From Octopus sinensis (taxonomy: Eukaryota), in the NCBI RefSeq assembly GCF_006345805.1, contig NC_043011.1, positions 28,098,464-28,162,463 of the forward strand: a DNA stretch of 64,000 nucleotides. Reading direction: 5' to 3'. The first letter of the stretch is position 1; the number at the start of each line of letters is the position of its first letter. Shown here piece after piece: positions 1 to 11,891 of the stretch. The notes beneath the pieces are model-generated. The model was not told where the DNA came from. It ran no database searches and saw only the letters and a program-made list of their open reading frames with translations. The position numbers were made by a program, and so were the translations under genes.

Positions 1-77
1 CCGATACTCGCTTTTGTTGATAAATTACCCAAAAATTTGTTTGTTTACTTTCTCCTCAATAACAAACAACAATAATA

Positions 78-1345
78 TCAGGTCATTCCATAAGTTCTGC
101 CCGAATTTTGAATAAAGAAAACAAATGATCAAAAGTTATATTCAATTAAAATTTAATCATCAATGTACTTTCCCTGATTATCTATGCCTTCCTTCCATCT
201 ATTTACAAGCTTTTTAATCCCATCAATGTAAAACTCTTTTGGTTTCAAAGCGAAGAACTCTGCATTGTCAGTTTCGACCTCCACCTGGCTTGCGAAAGTT
301 ATGTCCCACAAATGATTCTGTAAACTATGAAACAAATGGTAGTCTGAAAGAGCAAGGTCGGAAGAATAAGGTGGATGAGGAGCTTTTACCCACCCAAGCT
401 CTTCGATCTTCTGAGATGTGATCTTTGCAGTGTGGGTCACGCATTGTCCTGATGAAATATCACTCCTTTTCGATTCACTAAAGCGGGTCTTTCTTCTTCA
501 AAGCTTGGCTCAAAGGCTCTAATTACTGACAGTAGACTTGAGCATTGAATGTTGCATTAGGTGGTAACAATATAAAGTGAATTACTCCTTTGCAATCCCA
601 GCAGATAGAGAGAAAAACCTTTTCCCCATGAGGTTCCCATCTCGGATGTGGTTGACCTTTTACCAAGCCACTGTTAACGACGTTTAACGTTTCGATAAAA
701 GATCCATTTTTCGTCACCAGTCTATCCAAAAAGGGTGAAATGAATTCGCGAGACTGGAGAGAAGAGTAGATGTCAACTCGAGATTCGCGGTTGCTTTCGG
801 ACGATTCATGATGCACACATTTTCCAAGTTTAGGAACCTTTCCTAGTTGTTGAAGATGACGATGAACAGTTGTATGGTTTGAACTAAGCTTTATTGCCAA
901 TTCTTCAACTAACGATGCAGGATTTTCTTCAAGTAATGCCTCAAGGAGCTTATCATCAAACTCAACTGGACGTCCTGTTTGATCTCCATCTTCATGGTTG
1001 AAATCTCCACTTCTAAATTTTGCAAACCATCTTCGGCAAGTTCTTTCGTTCAAACATTATTTCCCATAAACTAAGGGTATGTTTCGAGTCGCTTCGGTTG
1101 CAGAGTTTCCTTTTTTGTATTCATAAAGCATTATCTGCCTCAAATGCTCTTTGGATACTTCCATGTTAGAAATGGTTTCAATCAAAGAAATTTTAATTCT
1201 ACTATCCTGTAAAATATTTAATTAGTTTAAATGTACACAAATGCATAAAAATAATTTTAAATTCCATTAGACATTCTAAAATATTATAAAATTTCATTCA
1301 ATTTTAAAAGAGGCAAAATCGGACAGAACTTATGGGAATACTTAA
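78..1345 (-). mobile_element. Full-length but inactivated mariner (DD34D) DNA transposon
   Basis: Imperfect ~32 bp TIRs (78-110 tcaggtcattccataagttctgcccgaattttg; 1314-1345 caaaatcggacagaacttatgggaatacttaa), TA on both flanks, 1268 bp long, transposase remnant inside. Confidence 0.93.
153..1164 (-). pseudogene. Mariner transposase pseudogene
   Basis: Begins MEVSKEHLRQIMLYEYKKGNSATEATRNI at 1164, then an in-frame TAA. Continues with ERTCRRWFAKFRSGDF (HTH) and ends PYSSDLALSDYHLF...GKYIDD (YSPDLAPSDYHLF motif). Stops and frameshifts split it into ORFs 523-1053 and 153-440. Confidence 0.92.
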
Positions 1346-2034
1346 TACATTATTATTTTAAATAATAAAGAATTTCTTTTTGTGGCACGAGACCAGCGAT
1401 TTTGTGACAATGTTGATCCCGGTAGAACTTGAACACTGGTCGTACAGAACACGAAAAAATCCTGCTAAAGCTTTTTATCTGATGCACAAACGACTATGCA
1501 CGGTTACTTTTCTAAATAAGTAATAAATCCGTTAATGTTTTTCTACTCCACTGCTAACATTTAAATATATTTCATATTTTTAAAATCAATATTCGCCTAC
1601 AGCGAACATATTAACTAATTGCTTAAAAGAGATGACAAGGTAACGTTCGCCTAAGAAATTCGAAAACAAAAACAAAACGAAATACTTGTTTACTGACGGT
1701 TAACGAGACATTCATGTTATGTAAGAACTAAAGGAAATTCAATTAGTTAGCTATGACATTGTATACAAATAGACAGCAAATTATATGTGTACAAGTATGG
1801 TAATTATATATACGCTGACAAAGTGTGTATTAACGAGTGTATACAGAAATAGAGATGAATCATACATACATGAATATGGCAAACATGGGCAAAGTGCCTA
1901 AACACAAATAACTTAGACATTAATATAGATATATTTGGACACACAAACATAAATAAATATATGTACTGAAATGGAAATTATGTTTACAGAAATATGGCCA
2001 TATTTTCTATACACGAATGCATACAAATAATGTG

Positions 2035-2086
<52 letters not shown>

Positions 2087-2385
2087 ACATATATATATAT
2101 ATACATGTGTATCACAGACAAACAACGCGTATAGGGTGAGAAACATTGTGCACATACAAATGTGTGTATGCTGATTGTACACAGAGATACACAAAAAATA
2201 TATACACAAATTTAGTCAAATTTAGTAAACAATTTGAACTAGGTGTATGGATGGAAATATATCAGCAAATCTACATGAAAATATGAGATAATGGTGAATA
2301 CGTTTTGTTTTTTCACATAAACATAACGTAAACATATACAAACATAAATACATACATAGAAACAAACACACGTGCACACATACAC

Positions 2386-2416
<31 letters not shown>

Positions 2417-2795
2417 TGTATGTATGTATGTATGTATGTATGTATGTATGTATGCATGCATGTATGCAGGTATGTATGTATGCATGTATGTATGTATGTA
2501 TGTATGTATGTATGTATGTATGTATGTATGTATGTATAGTTAAATACAGAGAAAACATTCTTAATCTCTTTAGTTAAAACCGATAAGTATAATGTTGGAT
2601 TTTTATAGATAATTCAAAACTTTATATTTTAAATTGATGAACGGAATCACCCCTTTTCATTTAACATACACAAACACAATTCATTCAAGTAAACAACATA
2701 TAATATCGGTTTGAATATGAAGTAAGACTCTTACACATCCGAAGGGAGTTGTAATAAAACTACACGTCTCATCTATCTATCTGTCTGACTATCTA

Positions 2796-2827
<32 letters not shown>

Positions 2828-2868
2828 CCTGTTTACCTGCCTGCTTGTCTGTCTGTCTGTTTTGATAT

Positions 2869-2926
<58 letters not shown>

Positions 2927-2929
<3 letters not shown>

Positions 2930-4440
2930 TGAACCGCACAAAAGAAAAGCAAGGTGTGTGTGACTGTGAAATATGTTTTAATTTCATTATGTCAGGCATG
3001 AATTTCGATAAATCTGATAAAGTCAATTTCTTGGATGCTCTTTCAGCACAGTCTATGGGTCATTGTCATGTGTTCTGGCAGTGGGCGGATGAAGCATATC
3101 GAGATTGTACGGCTTGACATGTGCAATACCGTGTATGCGCTCCCTGGGTTTCCATAACGGCCATACAACGTCGGTACATGGAGTCAATGAGCTCACACCC
3201 TGAGGAAAGCTGCCTCCTGTTCCACGCGAGTTGTCAGTCTTGGGACCACCTGGTTGAGCCGTCTCTGGATTTAATCCCACTGGTGTTCAATTGGGTTCGA
3301 ATCCGGGCTGAGGGCCGACCGCGGCATGGTTTTGATGTTGTGCTGACACAGCAGGTCTATGGTGACCTTGGCTGTGTGTGTGGTGGGAGTATTTTCCTAC
3401 TGGAACACGTGGCTATGGTGAGGTATGAAGAAGGTCGCGATGTGAGGTCTTAGGATATGGTCGTCGTAGCCTCTGCGCTATGATGCTATTATCTCTGACT
3501 GCACCAACATTTTGGAACACATGGAGCCCGATTCACTGATTCAGGCCTATAGCACCCCAAACCATGATGCTCTGACCACCCCACGCATCTTTCTCCCTGA
3601 CACATGCCTCTCTGTAGCCTACACCCCTCCTACGTCACACCCTCACTATGCTGTGGAAACGCAGTACCGGCTCTCGTCAGTGAAGACTATCGACTGCCAT
3701 TGTTGATGCCGCCACCGTCGGTGCAGTGTAGCGTAGTTTAGTCATGCCTGACGGTGACGGGCGGTTAGGACAGGTCCTCCAACAGGACGACGGCAACGCA
3801 GGTTGTTGACGGACTGTCAACATCGTACCGTGTCGTCGCTGATGAGTGGCTGTCCAGTGCCAATGGTGTCGCGAGCTGTCATGTTGACCGGTCTGAAGCG
3901 ATCACGGAGGTGTTGCAGGTGGATGAAGCGCTCCCGCCTGGGCGTGGTCACCCGTAGGGGGACACCCTCTGCCGGCACGGTCTGCAATGCAGTTGGTATT
4001 GCTGTATCGCTGTTGCAGGCGACAGATGGTGCTGACATGTACATTGTAAGCTTTCGCAGCAACTAGGGTACGCTGCCCTGCTTGCAATCGGCCGATAGCT
4101 TGTTCTTTGTTCGCTGCTGACAATCGGGTCATACCTAATGCGTCGAAATTATGGATAACAGGAACGCGGTTGAAAATCGATCTTTATACCCATAACCTCC
4201 ACTAGATGCACGTGCATTTCAGTTTTCATGACAATTATTCACAATTGCTGCCCACGGCATTCAACGCAGCTGCGTTTTAACGTCTCGTTTCAGGGTAAGT
4301 TGAAAGATTACTTGCAATTTGGGTCTCAGCCAAAAACCAGCATGTCTTGGAATACTTACACTTACATTCCCGAAATAATTTTCAGAATTTACCATATGAA
4401 AATGACATTTGAAAAATCGTGTTTCTATTGGGGTTCAGTG
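2927..4440 (-). mobile_element. Tc1-family DNA transposon, degenerate
   Basis: Ends CATTGAACC (2927) and GGTTCAGTG|TA (4440) form short imperfect TIRs; ~1.5 kb; sits between TA/CA microsatellites; transposase remnant inside. Confidence 0.85.
3100..4132 (-). pseudogene. Tc1 transposase pseudogene
   Basis: MTRLSAANKEQAIGRLQAG...AKAYNVHVSTICRLQQRY (paired-like HTH), VTTPRRERFIHLQHLRDRF...ISDDTVR, and SALSPDSNPIEHQWD* (WPALSPDLNPIEHLWD-like). Multiple frameshifts and stops; lower boundary approximate. Confidence 0.9.
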
Positions 4441-4486
4441 TACACACACACACATATGTACATCTATACATACACACACACATATG

Positions 4487-4516
<30 letters not shown>

Positions 4517-4520
<4 letters not shown>

Positions 4521-5248
4521 CTATGTAAATGAGAGTATATGTGATTATGTTTGTTTGTTTTTTGCCCTGAAAAGCTCTGAAATGTTAAATTCTGGGAAAA
4601 AATGAACTTTGGATTTTCGAAATCTGCGTCCTGAAGAGAAAGTTGTCCGTAAATAATTTATTTTTTAAATGGCATTGATTTATGTGAAATATATAGATCC
4701 ACAAAACTCTTACTCTGTATCACCATCAGACTCTCTCTCTCTCTCTTTTACGCCTTCCGATTTCTATAAATATTTACCACACTCTTTATCATTTTCTCTC
4801 TATATATTGTATATATGCGAGTTAACGAAAATATTATAAAAATATATTCACTATCTTTTTTTAAAATTACGTTTCATTTTCTGATTTTAATGGTGATCGA
4901 AAGAATTATTTCCCAACCAATTTTCTTTTTAACTCAAAAGGATTCTGCTATCATTTTTAAGTGCGTAGATCAAAAGAATTGACCAAAAAGGCGTCTCCCA
5001 TTGTTTTTAAGTGTGTAATACAAAAGAAAATTGTACAAATTGGTCTGGAAGTTGGGTGGAAATGGGATTCATAAACCTTCAAAAATTCTTTCTATTTTCC
5101 CTCAGTATTTGCAAAGATGTGTTAAGAAAAATTTGAAACATTCTCGTCAAACTGTAGAAAGTCCAACGCTTGCAAGCGTGCTACTCCGAAAGTTCGGAAA
5201 GGTATTCTATGATGAAAATTGCCTACCAGCGACGGCATACTCAGCAAG
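4517..5248 (+). mobile_element. Non-autonomous Helitron-like element (Lep1/HINE-like)
   Basis: 5' tactatgtaaatgagagtatatgtg..tttgtttgttt head and 3' gcctaccagcgacggcatactcagcaagt tail (degenerate hairpin, CTAG changed to CAAG). Same architecture as the elements at 20375, 22278 and 54322. Confidence 0.55.
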
Positions 5249-6280
5249 TGTGTATGTGTGCTTGTGTGTGTGTGTGTGTGTGTGTGGTATGTGTGCTTGT
5301 GTGTGTGTATGTGTGCTTGTGTGTGTGTGTCTGTGTGTGTGTGTGCGCGTGCGTGCAGAGTTATTTACAGACACACACATTCACATACTCATATATTCCT
5401 TACTATATAAAATAGACCTCTGTGTTTACTTTTCACGCGGAAACGGCTGCACGAATTGTGATTGTCTTTCGTCCGTAGTTATAAACAAAAAGGGGCTTGC
5501 ATAGTTAAGCCCATTCACTCGCACCATCCTCGTTACAATTACCTAGCATTCGTCGCATTTACTGAGGGAAGGGCTGGAACTTCTTTTCAACCGTGACTTT
5601 CCATTTCTAATAGAGATTTATAAAGTTCATGAGAATTTGGCCGAAGAATATAATGACTGTCTTCTTAATTTTTTAGTCTCACCTTCTTATTCTTTCGAAT
5701 TTAAGCCCAAGGCCAACAATCTATATTTGAGGCGGCAAGTCGAATAGTTTGACCTCATACCTCAATTGGAATTTATTTTATCGACCCCGAATGGATGAAT
5801 GACAAATTTGACCTCGGAGGAATTTGAACTCTATATGAATAGAACCACCATTAATTACCATAGGGGAACTTTGCCGACGTTTCAACGATTATATATAATG
5901 ATTAACTTTGCTTTTCATTGCTTCAGAAATAAAGAAACTTGTAAAAATAACACACAAAATCGATATCATTTAAATTAAGTTTGACATTCTTTCACCTAAA
6001 TTAACTTCGTCAGTGAAATCGATATACTTTTAAAATGATCTGTAGCGCAGTTTATCAAGATTACTCTTCCATTCATTTACTTTTTTCTGTCATTGGATCA
6101 CAGCCATACTGGAGCACTGTCTCGTATGGTTCTTATTTTTAAGTTTGGTAAATTTTACTACAGTTTAGGTTTAATCTACCGCTAGGTTACGGGGGACTAT
6201 ACACAAACTACAATTGGTATTTAGGTGGTACGGTATCAAATACTCATACGCACATACACATACATAAACACATATACTCA

Positions 6281-6321
<41 letters not shown>

Positions 6322-6569
6322 TGCAGGGTGTTCGGGATAAATTTGAAGATTTTGTGTCTCCTTTTTCAGGAATAGCTTCATGTATTAGTAAACAGTCAAC
6401 GGCGTTGGAGAGCATAAAAAGAATAAAGGTATAGTTGATAAAAAAACCTATCTGACATGAACCTGTATTTGTGTGTGCGCGCCTGCCTGCGTGCGTGTAT
6501 TTGTATTTGATATGTTATAAGCTCCAGGGACTCAGTGTTGTTGGAAAAGTGGGGTGTGATGTTGCATAT

Positions 6570-7045
6570 CCTTTGTAAATACAGACTGTGACAGCGAGTG
6601 AAGCCATCTCAAAGGAGACAGGAACAGCGTGTTGAGTACCTCAGGCCTCTGTTTTCGGACTGCTGCTGTTTATGGTAGTTCTTTATGGCATGGTATCAAT
6701 TTCACAGATAGCCACACTTAATAGCTATGTCCATAATACAAAAGTAGCAGAAGTAGTGAAGGAGCTTTTCGATGGTAAACTGCCGTGTAAATACCTAGAT
6801 GCCATATACAAATGAGCTGAAGAAAATAATATGCCATTTAATGCACGAAAATTCTAAGCGCTCTACTTCCGACCCGCTTGTGCTCTCACACGCCACAGTG
6901 ATACTTTGGGCCAGAAGGGGCGGCTATCGTGTGGCCTGGGTATTCATATGAGGAACAACGTCTCGTGTCACGTACATGTCTCCAAAATGGTGGCACTGTG
7001 TTGGCGAAAGTGTGACTATTAAAAATGTGATAATACTGGCAGTAC
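6570..7045 (+). pseudogene. CR1/Jockey-group LINE reverse transcriptase fragment
   Basis: Reads VPQASVFGLLLF...LNSYVHNTKV...LDAIYK*AEENNMPFNARKF, matching the GVPQGSVLGPLLF / YADDTK / W...N.M.FN..K RT motifs. Same family as 31700-32440. Confidence 0.75.
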
Positions 7046-7569
7046 CCCAGTATGGCCACATAAAATGATAAAACTATATGTATTTATGTGTATATATACA
7101 CACACGCACACACGTGCATGCACACGCATACACGACGAACGCACACACAAACACACAAATACAAACACACAAACAGATACACGCACACACACAAACATTG
7201 CATATTGCTGTGCAAGAAGACTGAACCGAAATCACATGGCTGCAAGTTACATTTGTTTGCAAATTGATTGCGAAACACGGAAAGGAAGTTGACGCCAGAG
7301 GAGTTTTAATTACGGACAGAAATATCGCAAAGCATACTATCCGACGCTCGAATGACCCTGCAAATACGTCTTCTAGATCAACCTGTCTACGATAGGCACA
7401 AATCCTGGCATTTGGGGGCAAGATTCTATTCCATTACATCAACCCCCATACTCAAACGGTTTCTTGTTATATCATCGACCGTGAAATAATCCTTTATCCT
7501 GTAGTCTGAAATTTGTGATAGAGGATTAGTAGATTACATCGACCACAGTATTTAACTGGTACTGAGATG

Positions 7570-7738
7570 AGTTGATTGCATCGACCCCAGTGTTTCACTG
7601 GTACTTAATTTATCGACCCCGAAAGGATGAAAGGCAAAGTCGACCTCGGTGGAATTTGAACTCAGAAAGTAGTGGAGGGCGAAATACCGCTAAGCATTTC
7701 ATCCGGTGTGTTATCGATTCTGCCAGCTCGCCGCCTTA
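7570..7738 (-). mobile_element. tRNA-derived SINE family A
   Basis: Reverse strand reads aaggcggcgagctggcagaatcgataacac...ttctgagttcaaattccaccgaggtcgactttgcctttcatcctttcggggtcgataaattaagtaccagt (A-box/B-box head). About 10 copies in the window. Confidence 0.85.
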
Positions 7739-8662
7739 TCGACCTTGAAATAATGAAAGGCAATGTCGACCACTCCGGATTTTGCACCCTGCACATAAGA
7801 ACGGTCAACATGCCATGAACCATTTTCTCGGGCCTGTTAATGATTCTAGCTGCAAGCCGATATAATCTTCGAGATAAAATACTAAGAACTTGTGAATTAA
7901 AGGAACTCTCCAGTATGACAGAATCTACAGTCACGTTCTAAAGTTTGCACGAACGTGTTTTACTTCTCTATGCTAATAGGAAAGACATAAATCTAAAAAG
8001 ACCTCCATTTCCTCGACATTGTTTACTCCCTCATCGTTTCGAATGATATTTACTCAGCAAGATAACGCTATATTTTCTTCTTTGGGTGTGATTCTGTTAC
8101 TACGTGCCTTTCGGTTTCATGTACATCATGCATAATGAAAATTATGACAGTGAACATGGTCTCTGTAGAGCTAGTCACCTTTTCTTGTCCTTCTAACCTG
8201 TATTGGTATGGCGCAACCAGTGGCACGAGCCCAGTATATATGAAAATGCGGGATTTCTTCTTTCAGATGAGCACTTAAGGACCTGAAATGCCCCATCTTC
8301 CTTCGTTTGTTTGGGTGTCAGTAAGTTACCTTCTCCAGACTCATTTCCCCATATCTTAGAATACGAGAACCTTTCTTGTTTACCAGAAAGGGTTCAGCAT
8401 TTATTTTAAGAGGAGTACGTGTTAGTGAAAGGAAAAGTTGTTTATTTAAACCAGTGTCGATTTTGCCACTCATCCGGGTTTCTTAGAGAAGTCGCTGATG
8501 TTTACAGGCGTTCGTTCTATCTACTATACATTTTTGAGATAAAAATCAATATCTCTTTCCACTGCAATACAATAAGGATTGGTTTCCAAACAAGATATTT
8601 CTTTGCACATGTTCACGTATTACATATACTAGAGCTAACTTTTGTGTACAAATCTTATCCAC

Positions 8663-8707
<45 letters not shown>

Positions 8708-8774
8708 TATGTGTGTTTGCGTGTGTGTGCGTGTGTGCGTGCGTGCGTATAGATATACATAAACACATATAGAT

Positions 8775-8828
<54 letters not shown>

Positions 8829-9027
8829 CTCTCTATATATATATATATGTATGTATATATATATATATATATATATACATGTGTGTGTGTATGTATATAT
8901 ATATATGTATGTATGTATGTATGTATTTCGTTTTGGGATCTGGTTGGCATTGTTGCATTATTGACATAATGACCCTCCCGAGATACAGCAATGGTGGCGT
9001 GCGAGGACACGGGCATGTGTGTGGTTA

Positions 9028-9063
<36 letters not shown>

Positions 9064-9190
9064 TGAGTGAGAGTACCTGCGTTTCAGAGTATATGTAAGC
9101 ATATATCTAGAATGCTATGTACACGAGCTATTTCAATGAAGTATCCAATTATTTCTTGCTTGCATTAAAATTGTGTTTTACTCCTTCCAT

Positions 9191-9232
9191 GTTAGCTGAC
9201 GAGTTGCTAAAAGCAACGAAAAGTTTTCTCGT
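9191..9232 (+). ncRNA. Hammerhead ribozyme-like motif (core and stem II intact, stem I poor)
   Basis: CTGACGA (9196-9202), gttgc-taaaa-gcaac 5-bp stem II, GAAA (9218-9221), agttttc. No convincing stem I partner. Confidence 0.5.
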
Positions 9233-9456
9233 TCTTCTTTTCCATTTTTTCTAATTGAGAAAAAAATATGAATGTAAAACCTTTCATCGAAATAAAAAGA
9301 ATAATAACTTAAAAAGCATCACAAGTTCAACCTCTTTGATAAGAAAGTAACTAGCTTTCCTAAACAGTAACAATAACGGTAATTATAGCGACAGATGGTG
9401 ATTATATGTAAAATATCATTAATATAATTATAATCATCATCATCATCATCAGTATC

Positions 9457-9501
<45 letters not shown>

Positions 9502-9574
9502 AATAATAATAATAATAATAACAAGAACAACAACAACAACAATATTAATATTAATATTAATAATAATGATGATG

Positions 9575-9635
<61 letters not shown>

Positions 9636-9769
9636 GATTAATTGCGTGTGTAATCTGGGAATGCATACAATGAGCTTCTCTGCCCTAGGTGTACAGAAAA
9701 CACTCCACGAGAAACGGATGAAAATTTGAAGAAAGAGGAAACAAATAATGATAATAATAATAATAAATC

Positions 9770-10788
9770 AAGCGGAATAAAACGGACAGAATGGGATTAA
9801 AGCTATCAATACTACTTAGATATGGAGCAGGGATAATCGCATGGACAGTAGTAAAACTAAACAGCTTAAACAGAAAGACAAGGAAGCTGCTGACTAGATA
9901 TGGGATACTCCACCCAAAAAGTGACACAGACAGACTGTATGTTGCAAGAAAAAGAGGGGGAAGTGGACTGATTGGATGTGAACACAGCATAAGAGGAGAA
10001 AAAACATAGTATGGTATGTAAAAATGCCACAGAACTGCTACTATTGGAATTAAGAAGGTCAGGTTTGACTAGGATGGAAGATTGCAAAGATAAAACACTA
10101 TACAATACCTTGAGAATGAAGGAAATTGAAAATAGTAAATAAAGAAAGGAATGCGTGGAAAATTTCATATGGCTGTTGAAGATAAGACAAGCAGAGAAAA
10201 AAGATGGCTATGGATGATTAAAAGTGATTTAAAACCGGAAAGGGATGCTGTATTCTGTGCTGCCCATAGCAAGCAGTAAGAACCAATTACATCAAACACA
10301 GAATTGACAACACATCAGAAATTACAAGTGCAGAATTTGTGGACAAAATGGTAAAACCGCATGGCATATTACCAGTCGATGTACGCCACTAACCCAGAAA
10401 GTATATAAGAGACGCCATCACAACATAGCAATGATCATAGATATAGCATGCCCAGCTGACAGCAAGGCATGTGACAAGGAAGGAAGAAAAGTCGACAGAT
10501 ATGACAGGTTAGCTTGGGAGGTTAAGTAGTTGTATTCGTTGAAAAAGGTGGTAGTAGCACCAATAATTATCGGAGCCCTGGGAACAGTGAGTAAAAATCT
10601 TGAAAAGTACATGGAACAAATAGGGGCTGCATTAATGGTGGAGCACTTGCAGAAAACAGCACTGCTTCGAACCGATCGATTACTCCGGATGATGCTCGAA
10701 AAATAAAGGTTGTTACCTTAATTCACTGGTAGTGAACAGCTGACACCGTAGTACATCTCCAGCGTTAGAAGCTGTGCAAAGACAATAA

Positions 10789-10790
<2 letters not shown>
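9770..10790 (+). mobile_element. 5'-truncated R4/Dong-like non-LTR retrotransposon (RLE endonuclease), degenerate
   Basis: LLRYGAGIIAWT...RKTRKLLTRYGILHPKSDTDRLYVARKRGGSGL (post-RT), CRICGQNGKTAWHITSRC (CCHC knuckle), IIDIACP...KVDRY...PIIIGALGTV...LQKTALL (RLE). Flanked by (TAA)n on both sides. Confidence 0.85.
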
Positions 10791-10879
<89 letters not shown>

Positions 10880-10893
10880 TAATAATAATAATA

Positions 10894-11058
10894 GGCTTAC
10901 CATCCCTGCAAGAAGTGCAAAAGATTGTCTTAACTGGTACATCACACGAACTACTGAGTTTGGTTTAATGGCCTACCATTGTATACTATGAGTTTCTTTG
11001 CCCTAGGAGTCGGGAAGACACTCGGCAAGAAATGGAAGCAAATTTGAAAGAAGAAAAA
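10894..11058 (+). mobile_element. 3' end of a second R4/Dong-like family
   Basis: GLPSLQEVQKIVLTGTSHELLSLV* resembles an RLE-ORF C-terminus, followed by a 3' UTR (gccctagg...aatttgaaagaag) that recurs at ~9670-9750. Embedded in TAA repeats. Confidence 0.65.
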
Positions 11059-11264
11059 AAAAATAATAATGCCTCTCATGGCTTCTGATCTAAACTGATT
11101 TGAAGTGTTACCATGAAAATTGTTTTGTCTTGGTACAAATGTTGGGCTACAGCAAATATTCTGCTCAATACCACAGATTTGCATAACACTTGCTTGACCT
11201 TAACTCTTTGAGAATGTTCCTTAGTGGCTGACGATATGTGCATCTTGGGAGAGGGGAAAGTCGA

Positions 11265-11428
11265 TCACATTACCCCCAATAGTTGACTGGTATTTACTTT
11301 ATCGACCCCGGAAATATGAAAGGCAAAGACGACCTCGACGGAATTTGAACTCAGATGGTAACGATGAGCGAAATTCCGCTAGGCATTTCATCAATTGTGT
11401 TAATGATCCTGCTACTCGCCGCGCCAGT
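11265..11428 (-). mobile_element. SINE family A copy
   Basis: atcgaccccggaaatatgaaaggcaaagacgacctcgacggaatttgaactcag...ctcgccgcgcc matches the family A reverse strand. Confidence 0.8.
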
Positions 11429-11429
11429 A

Positions 11430-11511
<82 letters not shown>

Positions 11512-11547
11512 AGTAGTAGTAATGGTTTCTGATTTAACAATTTTGAA

Positions 11548-11635
11548 GAGCACATGGCGTAGTGTTTAAGAGCGCGAGCTAGTAACCCCAAGTTTCCGAG
11601 TTCGATTCGAGGCAGTGACCTGAATAATGATGATG

Positions 11636-11701
<66 letters not shown>

Positions 11702-11891
11702 TAATAATAATAACATTGAAAAATACTTTAAAAATGAGAACCCAGGTTCGGAATTTACCCAAGACACCTGATGAATGTTGGAGGGTATATCAACCGAAAC
11801 GTTAACAACAAACAAGATGAGGATAAATATACGTCAAATGTAAATAAAGTAAATAATATACATTATTCCTCATCTCTTAAATATAGAACTG
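11548..11891 (+). mobile_element. Candidate composite element: tRNA-like Pol III head + (AAT)n + hammerhead-bearing tail
   Basis: A-box-like TGGCGTAGTGTT (11555), B-box GAGTTCGATTCG (11598-11609), AAT tract 11623-11711, then CTGATGA (11768-11774)...GAAA (11796-11799). The tail ending cctcatctcttaaatatagaactg recurs at 36068-36192. Confidence 0.55.

Noticed and set aside
445-460. CTGATGA in the mariner element (also 3840 in Tc1, ~6818 in the LINE, ~31210 in Gypsy)
   Set aside because: They fall in coding remnants (for example antisense of FHQD) with no stem II/GAAA/stem I set.
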